Below are positions 1-9,503 of a stretch of DNA of 64,000 bases, piece by piece (within the stretch, counting starts at the first letter, position 1; every line of letters starts with the position of its first letter). The translations under genes and the position numbers were made by a program. The stretch comes from Chloroflexota bacterium (GTDB lineage Bacteria > Chloroflexota > Dehalococcoidia > Lucifugimonadales > UBA3495): the NCBI GenBank assembly GCA_027623675.1, contig JAQBVF010000008.1, positions 53,137-117,136 on the forward strand, in the 5' to 3' direction. The notes below the pieces were generated by a model, which saw nothing but the letters and a program-made list of their open reading frames with translations, was not told where the DNA came from and did not search any database.

Positions 1-1123
1 GGTCCACGCTGAAACGCCCCTCCGAGATATAAAGATCGGAGACAACGATGGCCGGGCATTGGTATTTATCGCTGAGGTTGAACACCTCGGGCATGGTGTT
101 GAAGGCGTCCAGCGAGTCGGTAGGCGCGACGATTATTCGTTCAAAGTCGCCTTGGCTCGCGCCCAGGGCCTGCCACAGGTCACCCTGCTCAGTCTTGGTG
201 GGGACGCCGGTGGACGGGCCGGCCCGCATCACGTTTATGAAAACAACCGGTATCTCCATCATGGACGCCGCGCCGATGGCCTCGGTCATCAAAGCGAACC
301 CACCGCCAGAGGTGGCGCACATCGACCGGGTCCCGGCCTGCCCGGCGCCGACAACCATGTTGGCGACACCGATCTCATCTTCGACCTGCCGGACCATGAT
401 GCCCAGGTTGCGGGCGTTGGAGGCCATCCAGTGCAGCACTCCCGAAGCCGGACTCATGGGGTAGGCGGCGTAGAACTTCACGCCGGCCGCCGCGCCGCCC
501 ATGGCCAAGGCATCGTTGCCCGACCACACAGCAAGCGGTTTGGCGCCAACGGGCGGCGCCTGCTCAAAGGCCGTGAAGTGTTCTTTCGCGTAATCGTATC
601 CGGCCCTGGCGACGCTCACGTTCTCGTCAACCATCTCCTGGCCGCGGCGTTGGAACCGCAATGTCAGGCTTTCTTCCAAAACCTCGAACTCGATACCCAT
701 GAGATAGGCAGTAGCAGCCATCCCGACCGTGTTCTGGACCAGCCGGTTCCGGCTCTGGGTTAGCTCGGCAACGGGTAGGCCGCACAGGTCCGCGCCCATG
801 TCGTCGGCCCCTGGGGTGATCGTGTCACTGTTATAGACGATCCGGGTCCCGGGTCCCATCAGGCGTTGGTGCCGGTCCATGGTGTTTTGGTTCAGGCACA
901 TCAGCAGGTCCAGCTTGTCGCCGTGATTACCGATCTCCGCGTCGCTGATCCTGATCGTTAGGAATATGTGCCCGCCCCTGATTATCGACTGATAGGCGTT
1001 ATAGGTGCACAGGTGCAGTCCCCGGCGCACGATGATCCGCGCCAATATGTCTCCGGGCGTGGCGATTCCCTGTCCCGCCTCGCCGCCAATCGCAAGTGCG
1101 AAATCGTAAGTTCCCAACCCCAT
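1..1123 (-). CDS. 2-oxoacid:acceptor (ferredoxin) oxidoreductase subunit alpha, runs off the left edge
   Basis: Absent from the ORF track because no stop lies in the window. Manual translation from ATG at 1123 (GGAAGGAG RBS) gives MGLGTYDFALAIGGEAGQGIATPGDILARIIVRRGLHLCTYNAYQSIIRGGH, then FYAAYPMSPAS, EDEI and ATSGGGFALM motifs of KorA/OorA. Confidence 0.9.
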   Translation of the reverse strand, partial: MGLGTYDFALAIGGEAGQGIATPGDILARIIVRRGLHLCTYNAYQSIIRGGHIFLTIRISDAEIGNHGDKLDLLMCLNQNTMDRHQRLMGPGTRIVYNSDTITPGADDMGADLCGLPVAELTQSRNRLVQNTVGMAATAYLMGIEFEVLEESLTLRFQRRGQEMVDENVSVARAGYDYAKEHFTAFEQAPPVGAKPLAVWSGNDALAMGGAAAGVKFYAAYPMSPASGVLHWMASNARNLGIMVRQVEDEIGVANMVVGAGQAGTRSMCATSGGGFALMTEAIGAASMMEIPVVFINVMRAGPSTGVPTKTEQGDLWQALGASQGDFERIIVAPTDSLDAFNTMPEVFNLSDKYQCPAIVVSDLYISEGRFSVD

Positions 1124-1371
1124 TTGGTCCGCTCCTTCCCTTACAGTGCCCCTTCGCAGGGTTCCTTTCGCGGGGTTCCTTCCGAAGAATCTCGTTTGAA
1201 AGTTTCCCTCGGAAGTCTACCGTTGACCTTGGATGGTGCACCCGGTCTATCTATTTAATCTCTTAATCGAGTCTACCGCCAGCCGAGTGAGTCATTTAAC
1301 AGCCGTATGATCGTAGCCGACGATTGCATTAGTATCATCTGCACGGTACTACATCGAGACCGGCAACGAAA

Positions 1372-2778
1372 CTACATATGGATCGTTCTGCCTTGGGCGC
1401 TCAGCGCCGCCTCTTTAAGCATCTCAGATAATGAGGGGTGGGCATGGACCGCCCAGCCCAACTCCAAGACGGTTCCCTCCAGGATCCGGGTCATGGACAG
1501 TTCGCCCAGCAACTCGGTTACTTCAGGGCCAATCATGTGGCCGCCCAGTAGTTCTCCGTATCTGGCATCGACCACCAGTTTAACCAGGCCGCCGGACTCG
1601 CCCATGGCCAGGGCCTTGCCGTTGGCCTGGACGTTGAACGTCCCCACGTTGATTTCCTTGCCCTGCTCCCGCGCCTGGGCCTCGGTCAGACCAAAACTGG
1701 CGATCTGGGGTATGCAGTAGGTGGCGCGGGGAATGTAAGTATAGTCCAAGGGCTGAGTCTCCAGGCCGGCGATGGTCTCCACGGCCACCATCCCTTGAGC
1801 GGATGCCACATGGGCCAGGGGCATCTTGCCGTTCACATCGCCGATGGCATAGATGCCGCCGACGTTGGTCGCCATTTTCTCATCGACTGTGATGCCGGTC
1901 CGGTCGGTTGCGATGCCCACGGTCTCCAATCCCAGGTCTTCCACGTTCGGCTGGATACCGATAGCCACCAGCACCTTGCCGCACTCCAGTGTCTGCGCCG
2001 TGCCGTCTTTGTCCACGGTAACCGTCACGCCGTCTCCTGAGGTGTCCACCCCGGTCACGCCGGCGCCGGTTAAGAAGTTGATGCGGTGCCGTTTGAAGGC
2101 CCGCTCCAGTTGGGCGCTAACATCTTCGTCTTCGTTGGGGACCAACCGGGGCAGCATCTCGACGATCGTGACTTCCACACCATACATCTTATAGATATAG
2201 GCAAATTCCACGCCAATGGCCCCGCCGCCGACGATGATGATGGAAGAGGGAAGGTCGCCGAGGACGATGGATTCGCGGCTGGTGATGATCTTTTCGCCGT
2301 CGATGGGCAGAGGGGGTATGCTGCGGGGCCGGGCGCCGGTGGCGATGATGATGTTCTTGGCCTGAATCACACCGCCTTCTGTGTTGTCGCCGGTGGGCGC
2401 CACCTCCACCTTGCCGGCCCCAACGATCTTGCCGGCGCCCTGGATGTGGTCGACCTTGTTCTTGTTCAGTAGAAAGGCCACGCCTTTGGTGTTCCGGTCG
2501 ACGACCTTGCGGCTGCGGTCGATGGCTACCGAATAATCGGCATGAAAGTTGTCCATCGACAGACCAAATTCGTCGGCCCGCTTGAAGTACGACACCACCT
2601 CGGCGTTCTTAAGCAGGGACTTGCTCGGGATGCAGCCCCAGTTCAGGCATACACCGCCAAGGGCTTCTCGCTCGATGATGGCCGTTTTCAAGCCCAATTG
2701 GCCCGCCCGGATCGCGGCCACATAGCCGCCTGGGCCGGAGCCAATCACCACCAAGTCGTAGTCAGAATCCATGTCCAC
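1372..2778 (-). CDS. lpdA: Dihydrolipoyl dehydrogenase (E3)
   Basis: GSGPGGY FAD motif, GGVCLNWGCIPSK redox disulfide, C-terminal HAHPSLSE. Confidence 0.95.
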   Translation of the reverse strand: MDMDSDYDLVVIGSGPGGYVAAIRAGQLGLKTAIIEREALGGVCLNWGCIPSKSLLKNAEVVSYFKRADEFGLSMDNFHADYSVAIDRSRKVVDRNTKGVAFLLNKNKVDHIQGAGKIVGAGKVEVAPTGDNTEGGVIQAKNIIIATGARPRSIPPLPIDGEKIITSRESIVLGDLPSSIIIVGGGAIGVEFAYIYKMYGVEVTIVEMLPRLVPNEDEDVSAQLERAFKRHRINFLTGAGVTGVDTSGDGVTVTVDKDGTAQTLECGKVLVAIGIQPNVEDLGLETVGIATDRTGITVDEKMATNVGGIYAIGDVNGKMPLAHVASAQGMVAVETIAGLETQPLDYTYIPRATYCIPQIASFGLTEAQAREQGKEINVGTFNVQANGKALAMGESGGLVKLVVDARYGELLGGHMIGPEVTELLGELSMTRILEGTVLELGWAVHAHPSLSEMLKEAALSAQGRTIHM

Positions 2779-3160
2779 CTGCGCTTCAAGTAGCCGAGGG
2801 CGGCCGAATCTTCGAGCGGCGCCGCTAACGATTCCACGGCAAGGCCCGATTTTTTACATAACTCAAGATTATAGTGTCGGCCCTTTATGTATACAATATA
2901 TATCATGCCTCGCATTCGACGCCTAGGATACGACACCGCATTGCTACTCACACCAGGGACCGATCACGGTCAGAGTCGCCGGTTGCAGGCGTGAATCGTA
3001 CCCGCCTTTCATTGTGGCGGCAGACGGTATCTGCTACTATCTTAGTAGAAAGAACCCGCAGGCTTGGTTAATAGAACCCGCAGGGTGATTGACGAGACGC
3101 ACCGGCCCGCCGGTAGGGCCACGCTGACGCCGTTGTCAGCCGCTATCAGGAGGAAGTGAC

Positions 3161-3367
3161 ATGAGAGTCGGACCCCTGGGAATACCTGAACTGATCGCCA
3201 TCTTAGTCGTGATTCTCTTGGTCTTTGGCGCACGCCGTCTGCCCGAGATTGGCACCTCCTTGGGCAAGGGGATCCGCACCTTCAAAACTGCCCTCATGGG
3301 CGAGGACGAGGTGGAAGAAGCGGAAAAGAGAACCGTGGCCAGCGGAAAAGACGACAGCGCCGCCTAA
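3161..3367 (+). CDS. tatA: Twin-arginine translocase TatA/E subunit
   Basis: GIPEL, TM helix, FG hinge, LPEIGTSLGKGIRTFK amphipathic helix; AGGAGG RBS. Confidence 0.92.
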   Translation: MRVGPLGIPELIAILVVILLVFGARRLPEIGTSLGKGIRTFKTALMGEDEVEEAEKRTVASGKDDSAA

Positions 3368-3389
3368 AACGCAACAGGAACCGAAAACC

Positions 3390-3431
3390 AAAAAGGACCG
3401 GTCATCTCTGCCAGACCGGTCCTTTTTTATT
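3390..3431. terminator. Bidirectional intrinsic terminator between convergent tatA and tatC
   Basis: AAAAAAGGACCGGTC...GACCGGTCCTTTTTT perfect inverted repeat with A and T tails. Confidence 0.85.
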
Positions 3432-3449
3432 GCTCTCGTTCAGCCGGGG

Positions 3450-4202
3450 CTAAGTGGAGGTTAACGCTTTGGACTTCCTGCGGTTTCGCCCGGCGAGGCG
3501 CGCCAGCAGTATCCCGACCTCGTAGAGCACCAGCAGCGGTCCCGCCACCAAGGCCTGGTTAACCGGGTCGACCGTCGGCGTGATGATGGCCGCCAATACG
3601 AACGCCACCACCACCCAGTACCGGCGGAACCGGGCCAGCGACCCGGCGGTTACGATGCCCAACTGGGCCAGCAGGAACATCACCAGCGGCGTCTCAAAGG
3701 CGAGTCCCATCCAGAACAGCAGCCGGATCATCAGGTTGATGATGTTACTGATCCGGATCAACGGCACGGCCACGTCGCCACCGAATGTGAGCAAGAAGTG
3801 GAGGGCCGGCGGCGTTAGTATGTAGTAGCCAAAGGCCACACCCCCGGCGAAGGCCCCGATCACGGCCGGCATGAACCCAAATAGCAGCCGTCTCTCGTGT
3901 CCGGTCAGGCCAGGCGACACAAACATCACGGCCTGGAACAGGATCACCGGCGAGGCCAACACCAAACCGCCCATCAGAGACACCTTGATGGCGGTGGTCA
4001 AAAGCTCCGTTACCTCGGTGTAGATCAACTCGCCGCCGGTGCCCACGTTCAGGTCCCGGGCCGGCCGCACCAGAATCTCGATGATCTCCTGGAAGAATAC
4101 GAAGGCCACGGCGCTCCCGATCAGCACCGACAATACGCAGATGAGAACCCGCTTCCGCAGCTCACCGATATGCTGCATGAAGGTCTGTTCGCCGGAGTTC
4201 AT
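3450..4202 (-). CDS. tatC: Twin-arginine translocase subunit TatC
   Basis: HIGELRKR, FVSPGL, FETP, AAIITPTVDP, LYEVGI motifs; about six TM segments. Confidence 0.95.
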   Translation of the reverse strand: MNSGEQTFMQHIGELRKRVLICVLSVLIGSAVAFVFFQEIIEILVRPARDLNVGTGGELIYTEVTELLTTAIKVSLMGGLVLASPVILFQAVMFVSPGLTGHERRLLFGFMPAVIGAFAGGVAFGYYILTPPALHFLLTFGGDVAVPLIRISNIINLMIRLLFWMGLAFETPLVMFLLAQLGIVTAGSLARFRRYWVVVAFVLAAIITPTVDPVNQALVAGPLLVLYEVGILLARLAGRNRRKSKALTST

Positions 4203-4558
4203 CCCTTGCTGCTTACCCCGCCGCCGTCGTCAGATTCGCCTTCCGCCGGGCCTGCGGTGGCGGGTCCGTCTGCTCCCCCGTCTACTTTCCCGTCCTCGTT
4301 TTCCGGTGGAAGTTCCGCCCGCACGGGCACGCCCGGGGCTGCCTCAGACGAAGGTTGGCTTCCGGGCCGGGCCAAGTTCTTCTGTTCCATGGCCTCAAGG
4401 GACACGGCGCTGGTCACATCGTTGAATTGACGGCGCAGGTCGCCCAGGACCTTCCCAACGTTTCGGGCCATTTCGATGGATTTTCCGGGGCCCAGCACCA
4501 GGAACGCCACCAGCAGGATCACGCCCAACTCGGGGATGCCCATTCCCATGAAGTTCAT
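4199..4558 (-). CDS. tatB: TatA/TatB family translocase subunit (TatB-like)
   Basis: MGIPEL, TM helix, VLGP hinge, amphipathic helix, disordered tail; overlaps the tatC start by 4 nt. Confidence 0.75.
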   Translation of the reverse strand: MNFMGMGIPELGVILLVAFLVLGPGKSIEMARNVGKVLGDLRRQFNDVTSAVSLEAMEQKNLARPGSQPSSEAAPGVPVRAELPPENEDGKVDGGADGPATAGPAEGESDDGGGVSSKG

Positions 4559-6495
4559 GGTGTGGCGCCTCCCGGTTCGTCATTGTTGATCTCGCAGTCC
4601 TCGCCGCAGATTATGTCGTCGGGCGCGGTCCAGCCCTCCGGCAGCGGGTGGCCCAACTCCCGCAGCATCTTCAACAACCGGCAGACGGGCAGTCCCACGA
4701 TGTTGTTGTAGCAGCCCTGCCAGTCGGCAGCCGGCCGAAGCTCCGTGTCCTGCACGGCATAGGCCCCGGCTTTGTCTCGGGGCACGCCCGAGGCGATGGA
4801 AGCCTCGATCTCCTGATCGGTTATGTGGCGCAGCGTGATCTCGCTGGTCATGGCGGTGCTCAGGGTCCGGCCAGTTCCGGCATCAACCACGGTTAGTCCG
4901 GTGCTGACGTGGTGGGAGGTGCCGCTCAGTTGCCGCAGCATACTCCGGGCATCGTCGTCATCCACCGGTTTGCCCACGGCCCGGCCCTCAAACACCACGG
5001 TGCTGTCGGCGCCGATAACCAGCCCCGAGGTCATGTCAGCAGCCACCGCCTGGGCCTTCTCACGCGAGAGGCGCTCGACCATCTCCTGGGGCGATTCGCC
5101 GGGTAGTTGGTCCTCGGCCAGGTCGGCCGGCTTGACGGTGAAGTCCAGACCCAACGTCTCCATCAGCTCGCGGCGGCGGGGCGATGCCGAAGCCAAGGTC
5201 AACCTGGCCGATGTGTGGCCGGCCGGATCCCCGGGATTGGACTCGCTCCTCGACAGCAGCGCCACGCACTCGACGTGATGGGTCTGGGGGAACATGTCCA
5301 ACGGCACGACCTCGTCCAGTTGATAGCCGCCATGGCACAGTATCTTCAAGTCGCGTCCCAGGGTTTCGGCATCGCAGGAGACGTAGGCCAACCGGGCCGG
5401 GGCCATCTCGACCAGGCTCTCCAGGGCGCTGGGCTGGCAGCCGGAACGGGGCGGGTCCAGCAGCACAACGTCGGGTTTCTCGGGCAGGTGCCTCAGAACA
5501 TCCTCGGTGCGGCCCAGAACGAAGTTCACGTTGGTCAGGCCGGCGGCGTTCTGTTTGGCGTCGGCCACCGCGGCCGACGATTCCTCCACGGCGATGACCC
5601 GCTTGACTGAATGCGCCAGCAGGATGGCAAAGGTGCCCACGCCGGTATAGGCGTCGAGCAGCAAATCGTCCGGACCCAGATTCAGCCGCTCCCGGACGAC
5701 ATTGGCGGCGGCGGCAGCCTGGTCCACGTTCACCTGGAAGAATGACGGCGATGAAACCAGGAAGTCGCGGCCGTCCACCGACTCCGTATACCGCTTCTGG
5801 CCGGTCTTCGCCGTGATCTCGGGATGGACCAGGTACGGCTGGATCAGGTAGTCGCCCGAATACTTTCCGGCGCGGATGGAAAGCTGGGTGGTCTCGCCGC
5901 AGTGGTCCTGCAGGTCTGCCAATAGGGTATTCACGCCGTCGTGCATCAGCAGGCACCGGTCGATGCGAACGAACCGGCGGGTCTCCCGGTTGATGAAGCC
6001 CAAAACGCCGTCGCCATCACCGTCCCACCGGGCCTTACGGCCACGTCCAGTTTTGCCGGTATCAACGCTGCTCCCGATGGTGAAGCGGGCATGGTTTCGG
6101 TAGCCGTATTGGTCCGGGGAAGGTATTACCTCAGACACGGGAGGGTTTTCCAGACCGCCGACGCGCCGCAGGGCGTCGATCACTTTCTCGCGCTTGGTCT
6201 TCAATTGAGCGCCGTAGGAGAGGTGCTGCCATTGGCACCCGGTGCAATCGCCAACATAGGGACAGGGAGGCTCCACCCGGTCTGGCGACGCCTCCAGAAC
6301 TTCAACCACCTTGGCTGAAACGTACTTGCGGTGTACCTTGACGACCTCGGCCACAACCCGCTCGCCGGGAATGCCGCCGGCGACGAACACGTCATGTCCG
6401 TCAAAATCGGCCATAGCTTCGCCCAAACGTCCCCAAGACGTTAGCGAAAGGGTGACCCGGTCCCCTTGTTGCGTGATGCGTTCGGCAATCTCCAT
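4555..6495 (-). CDS. Fusion of 23S rRNA m5U methyltransferase (RlmD/TrmA family) and C-terminal Maf nucleotide pyrophosphatase
   Basis: TRAM domain, CPYVGDCTGCQWQH Fe-S motif, SFFQVN, LDPPRSG, YVSC, DMFPQTHHVE; then LTLASASPRRREL, GADSTVV, GKP, DKAGAYAVQ, NIVGLP in one frame. Start placed at ATG 6495. Confidence 0.9.
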   Translation of the reverse strand: MEIAERITQQGDRVTLSLTSWGRLGEAMADFDGHDVFVAGGIPGERVVAEVVKVHRKYVSAKVVEVLEASPDRVEPPCPYVGDCTGCQWQHLSYGAQLKTKREKVIDALRRVGGLENPPVSEVIPSPDQYGYRNHARFTIGSSVDTGKTGRGRKARWDGDGDGVLGFINRETRRFVRIDRCLLMHDGVNTLLADLQDHCGETTQLSIRAGKYSGDYLIQPYLVHPEITAKTGQKRYTESVDGRDFLVSSPSFFQVNVDQAAAAANVVRERLNLGPDDLLLDAYTGVGTFAILLAHSVKRVIAVEESSAAVADAKQNAAGLTNVNFVLGRTEDVLRHLPEKPDVVLLDPPRSGCQPSALESLVEMAPARLAYVSCDAETLGRDLKILCHGGYQLDEVVPLDMFPQTHHVECVALLSRSESNPGDPAGHTSARLTLASASPRRRELMETLGLDFTVKPADLAEDQLPGESPQEMVERLSREKAQAVAADMTSGLVIGADSTVVFEGRAVGKPVDDDDARSMLRQLSGTSHHVSTGLTVVDAGTGRTLSTAMTSEITLRHITDQEIEASIASGVPRDKAGAYAVQDTELRPAADWQGCYNNIVGLPVCRLLKMLRELGHPLPEGWTAPDDIICGEDCEINNDEPGGATP

Positions 6496-6845
6496 AGGCT
6501 CGCACCTACTATAATTCAAGCAGGGTGATAAACCAAGGAGTCCAAGCGATCCCGCAGGCACGATACGCACCTGCCGCAGTGGGAATCTTCAGGAATCTTC
6601 CGGGGCGCCCCACTCGCCCTAATGGGGACTCACGCCGGTTGACCTTGGTGTATGCGCCGATTAAACTGAGGCGGATGCAGGCCGAATCCCAGGTTCTGTC
6701 AGTAGACGGTTTCAAACTAGGGTTTCGATCCCAGGTTCACCGGACCCAGGACCAACTGGCCCAGGCTCAGATGAACCCCCAACCAGCTAACCGCATCTAA
6801 GATATTGCGCGGTAAAAAAGCGTAAGAGATTCCGGAGGATGGAAC

Positions 6846-7175
6846 ATGGCAGAGCCTATCGAAGTAAATGACGACACTTGGCAAAAACTGGTATTGGAAT
6901 CGGACACACCGGTAATGGTGGACTTTTGGGCCGAATGGTGTGGACCGTGCAAGATGATCGCCCCCGCCGTGCACGACATGGCCGTGGACTATGAAGGTCA
7001 GTTGAAGGTGGCCAAGCTGGACGTGGACAGCAGTCCCAACGTTGCCATGCAGTACGGCGTGCGCAGCATCCCGGCCTTGATCTTCTTCAAAGGCGGCCAG
7101 CCCGTCGACCAGATCATCGGCGCGGTGCCCAAGGGCGCGCTGAAGAAGAAGGTCGACTCCGTCCTAGCCAGCTAA
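6846..7175 (+). CDS. trxA: Thioredoxin
   Basis: DFWAEWCGPCKMIAP and VRSIP motifs; GGAGG RBS. Confidence 0.97.
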   Translation: MAEPIEVNDDTWQKLVLESDTPVMVDFWAEWCGPCKMIAPAVHDMAVDYEGQLKVAKLDVDSSPNVAMQYGVRSIPALIFFKGGQPVDQIIGAVPKGALKKKVDSVLAS

Positions 7176-7433
7176 ACCCCTCTGGTCTGCTGGCGGCTAG
7201 CGTTCATTGACGCTGGCCATGGGGACCGGCCCTGGCCGCTGGCCCAGGCAGGTTTTTGGGTTAGTTCCCAGGGGCCGATTTCCCGGTCAGTTGCCAGTGG
7301 GGTTTCCCGGAAAGCCGCCAGAAAAGTTAGCGACAAGTTGACAGGAACCAACCAGGCGCCGCCGCCCGGCGGCGCCTTTGATATTCTCCCGTGATATCTC
7401 CCCGGCGCCGGCAACGGTCAGACCGGCCAACTC

Positions 7434-7530
7434 GGGAGTGGATGGGGCCCGGTGGCCCCTGCGGACTTCAAATCCGTTATGCCTCGTGACGAGCGGGGTA
7501 GGTGGGTTCGACTCCCTCGCACTCCCGCCA
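7434..7530 (+). tRNA. selC: tRNA-Sec (anticodon UCA)
   Basis: 97 nt. Acceptor GGGAGTG/CACTCCC with G-CCA end, 6-bp D stem GGGGCC/GGCCCC with 4-nt loop, anticodon loop CTTCAAA, long variable arm, T loop TTCGACT. Confidence 0.95.
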
Positions 7531-7559
7531 GCGTTTTTGGGCACGGATAAGTGGTTCAC

Positions 7560-7598
7560 AAAAGACTCCGGCTCTGGTGACAGGCCCGGGGTCTTTTG
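7560..7598 (+). terminator. Intrinsic terminator downstream of selC
   Basis: AAAAGACTCCGG...CCGGGGTCTTTT hairpin. Confidence 0.7.
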
Positions 7599-7681
7599 AA
7601 TTTGGCCTAAATGTCGCTGGATTGTCCACAACCCTCTCTCTGGGACCAATTTCTCGGGCATGAAAAGACCCACCGGTCTGA

Positions 7682-8275
7682 TTAGAGGATAATCATTTCC
7701 GCGTCGCCCACTATCCAGGCATCGTTGGCTTCAGAGTCCTGGCGATACCAATGCCAGCGAACCTCGAAATTGAGGACATACCGTTTTCGACCCATTCCTA
7801 GCGGGTGAAGCAAGAACAGCACCAATTCCCGAGGTGTTGAATAACTTACATTAATCGTCAGCGCCCCAGACGGCATTGGATGGGGGACTTCGTGTATCGC
7901 CAGCATCACATTTCGGCTAGAAAAATGAGTAGAAAAATTCAAGGGGCTGCCGGCGAACAATCTGCCGAGGCCGAATTCTAAATCGGCGGAATGTCCCACA
8001 CCGTATCGCAGATTGAATCTCACGTAGACATCTTCGGCATTGGCGTCAGCAGAAACATTCTGAAGTTCGTATCTAACGATCCAATTAGGAACATCTGATA
8101 TTAATGCAGGGAAGTTTGGAATTTCCGCCAACCGTAAATCGGGAGCAATATCACGCAAATATCGTGCTCTTTGGACGGCGTAAGCGAACACCGCAGCAAA
8201 TGCCAGAACTAGGCCCGACGACACGGTAAATAGCGCGACCAGCCAATCTAGCCAATCGCGGTCTGGTGTAGGCAT
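7682..8275 (-). CDS. Hypothetical membrane-anchored protein, lower GC than its neighbours
   Basis: 197-aa ORF with an N-terminal TM helix; visibly more AT-rich codons. Confidence 0.6.
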   Translation of the reverse strand: MPTPDRDWLDWLVALFTVSSGLVLAFAAVFAYAVQRARYLRDIAPDLRLAEIPNFPALISDVPNWIVRYELQNVSADANAEDVYVRFNLRYGVGHSADLEFGLGRLFAGSPLNFSTHFSSRNVMLAIHEVPHPMPSGALTINVSYSTPRELVLFLLHPLGMGRKRYVLNFEVRWHWYRQDSEANDAWIVGDAEMIIL

Positions 8276-8524
8276 TTTCCTATCTTACCAGCCGATGGAG
8301 TATCAAAGGGTATCCATCAAATTCCAATACCGGCCCTTCATAGAGTCAAGGCTGGAGGCTTCGACTTTACCTCTTCGAAGAATAACGGCACTGAGTTCTA
8401 GACGGCCAAACTTCAGAACTTGCGGAGCGCCCTTCCACCCACAACCGTGCTATCCTGTCGCGGGCATTTATGTAAGTCCGATATAATCCGCTGCACCATC
8501 CGTTTTCATTTAGGAGATACTGCC

Positions 8525-9268
8525 ATGCCGTCTTTTACCAAGGGAGATGTCACCATCCATTACGAGGAGGCCGGGTCCGGGTTCCCGCTGCTGGTCACCC
8601 CCGGCGGGGGATTGAACTCCGTGGCCAGCGGCTGGCCTCGCCAGGTGTTCAACGCGTTCGAGGAGTTATCGAGCGACTTCCGCTGCATCACCATGGACCA
8701 GCGCAACGCCGGCGGCGGGTCCACTGGGCCGGTCCAGGTCGAAGACCCTTGGGGGGCCTTCGCCGATGACCAATTGAGCCTGTTGGACCACCTGGGCGTG
8801 CGACAGTTCGGTTTCATTGGCTTCTGCATCGGCGGCCCCTTCGCTCTCAGGCTGATGAAGAACGCGCCCGATCGCATCATGTCCGCCGTGCTCTGCCAGC
8901 CCGTTGGCAGCAACGCTGAATTCCCCGATTCCATGTACGACTCAGGCCAGAACCAATGGGGACCAGGACTGATGGCGCAGCGGCCGGATATAACCAAAGA
9001 AACTATCGACGCGTATCTGCACAACCTCTACCGGGACCTTGAACCTGACTTCGTATACAGCGTGTCGCGCGACTTCGTCCGTTCCTGCCAAACGCCGATG
9101 CTGGTCATGCCCGACAACACGCCGTCGCACTCGTACGAGGTCGCGATCGAGGTGGCCGAGTTAGCGCCGAACGCCGAGGTGACGGTCTATCCCTGGAAGG
9201 AAGACCCGGATGTGTTGGCCGCTACCATCAACCAGGTGCGCGAGTTCTTTAAAGCCCACCAAACCTAG
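8525..9268 (+). CDS. Alpha/beta fold hydrolase
   Basis: IHYEEAGSGFPLL, MDQRNAG, GFCIGG nucleophile elbow with Cys; AGGAG RBS. Confidence 0.85.
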   Translation: MPSFTKGDVTIHYEEAGSGFPLLVTPGGGLNSVASGWPRQVFNAFEELSSDFRCITMDQRNAGGGSTGPVQVEDPWGAFADDQLSLLDHLGVRQFGFIGFCIGGPFALRLMKNAPDRIMSAVLCQPVGSNAEFPDSMYDSGQNQWGPGLMAQRPDITKETIDAYLHNLYRDLEPDFVYSVSRDFVRSCQTPMLVMPDNTPSHSYEVAIEVAELAPNAEVTVYPWKEDPDVLAATINQVREFFKAHQT

Positions 9269-9316
9269 CCAAGGGCGCGGGTTCCATCAAGCCCGCCAAA
9301 CCTAGAAAGAAGGGTA

Positions 9317-9355
9317 ACCCGTTACCGAACCCGTTACCGGACCCGGGACCGAACC
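9317..9355. repeat. Three imperfect tandem 12-bp repeats (ACCCGTTACCGA)
   Basis: acccgttaccga / acccgttaccgg / acccgggaccga. Confidence 0.7.
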
Positions 9356-9359
9356 AACC

Positions 9360-9404
9360 AAAGGAACGTCGGCAGCCGCTAGGGGCCGCCGACGTTCCTT
9401 TTTT
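9360..9404 (+). terminator. Intrinsic terminator, probably bidirectional
   Basis: AAAGGAACGTCGGC...GCCGACGTTCCTTTTTT. Confidence 0.85.
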
Positions 9405-9503
9405 CAGCCCGACCAGTACCGGCCCGTGGACCGATCGTCTGCCAGACGTGGTCGATTGCGGCTGAAACACCGCTGGAGCGATCCCGTTAGTGACCGCTCG
9501 CCA

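Noticed and set aside
48..1258. Plus-strand ORFs at the window start, and similar long antisense ORFs throughout (e.g. 18035-18961, 38899-39996, 50226-51296)
   Set aside because: They are shadow frames of well-supported genes on the opposite strand, which is common in GC-rich DNA.
7542..7631. DnaA-box-like words (ACGGATAA, TTGTCCACA) suggesting oriC
   Set aside because: Only one or two imperfect matches, with no cluster or unwinding element.
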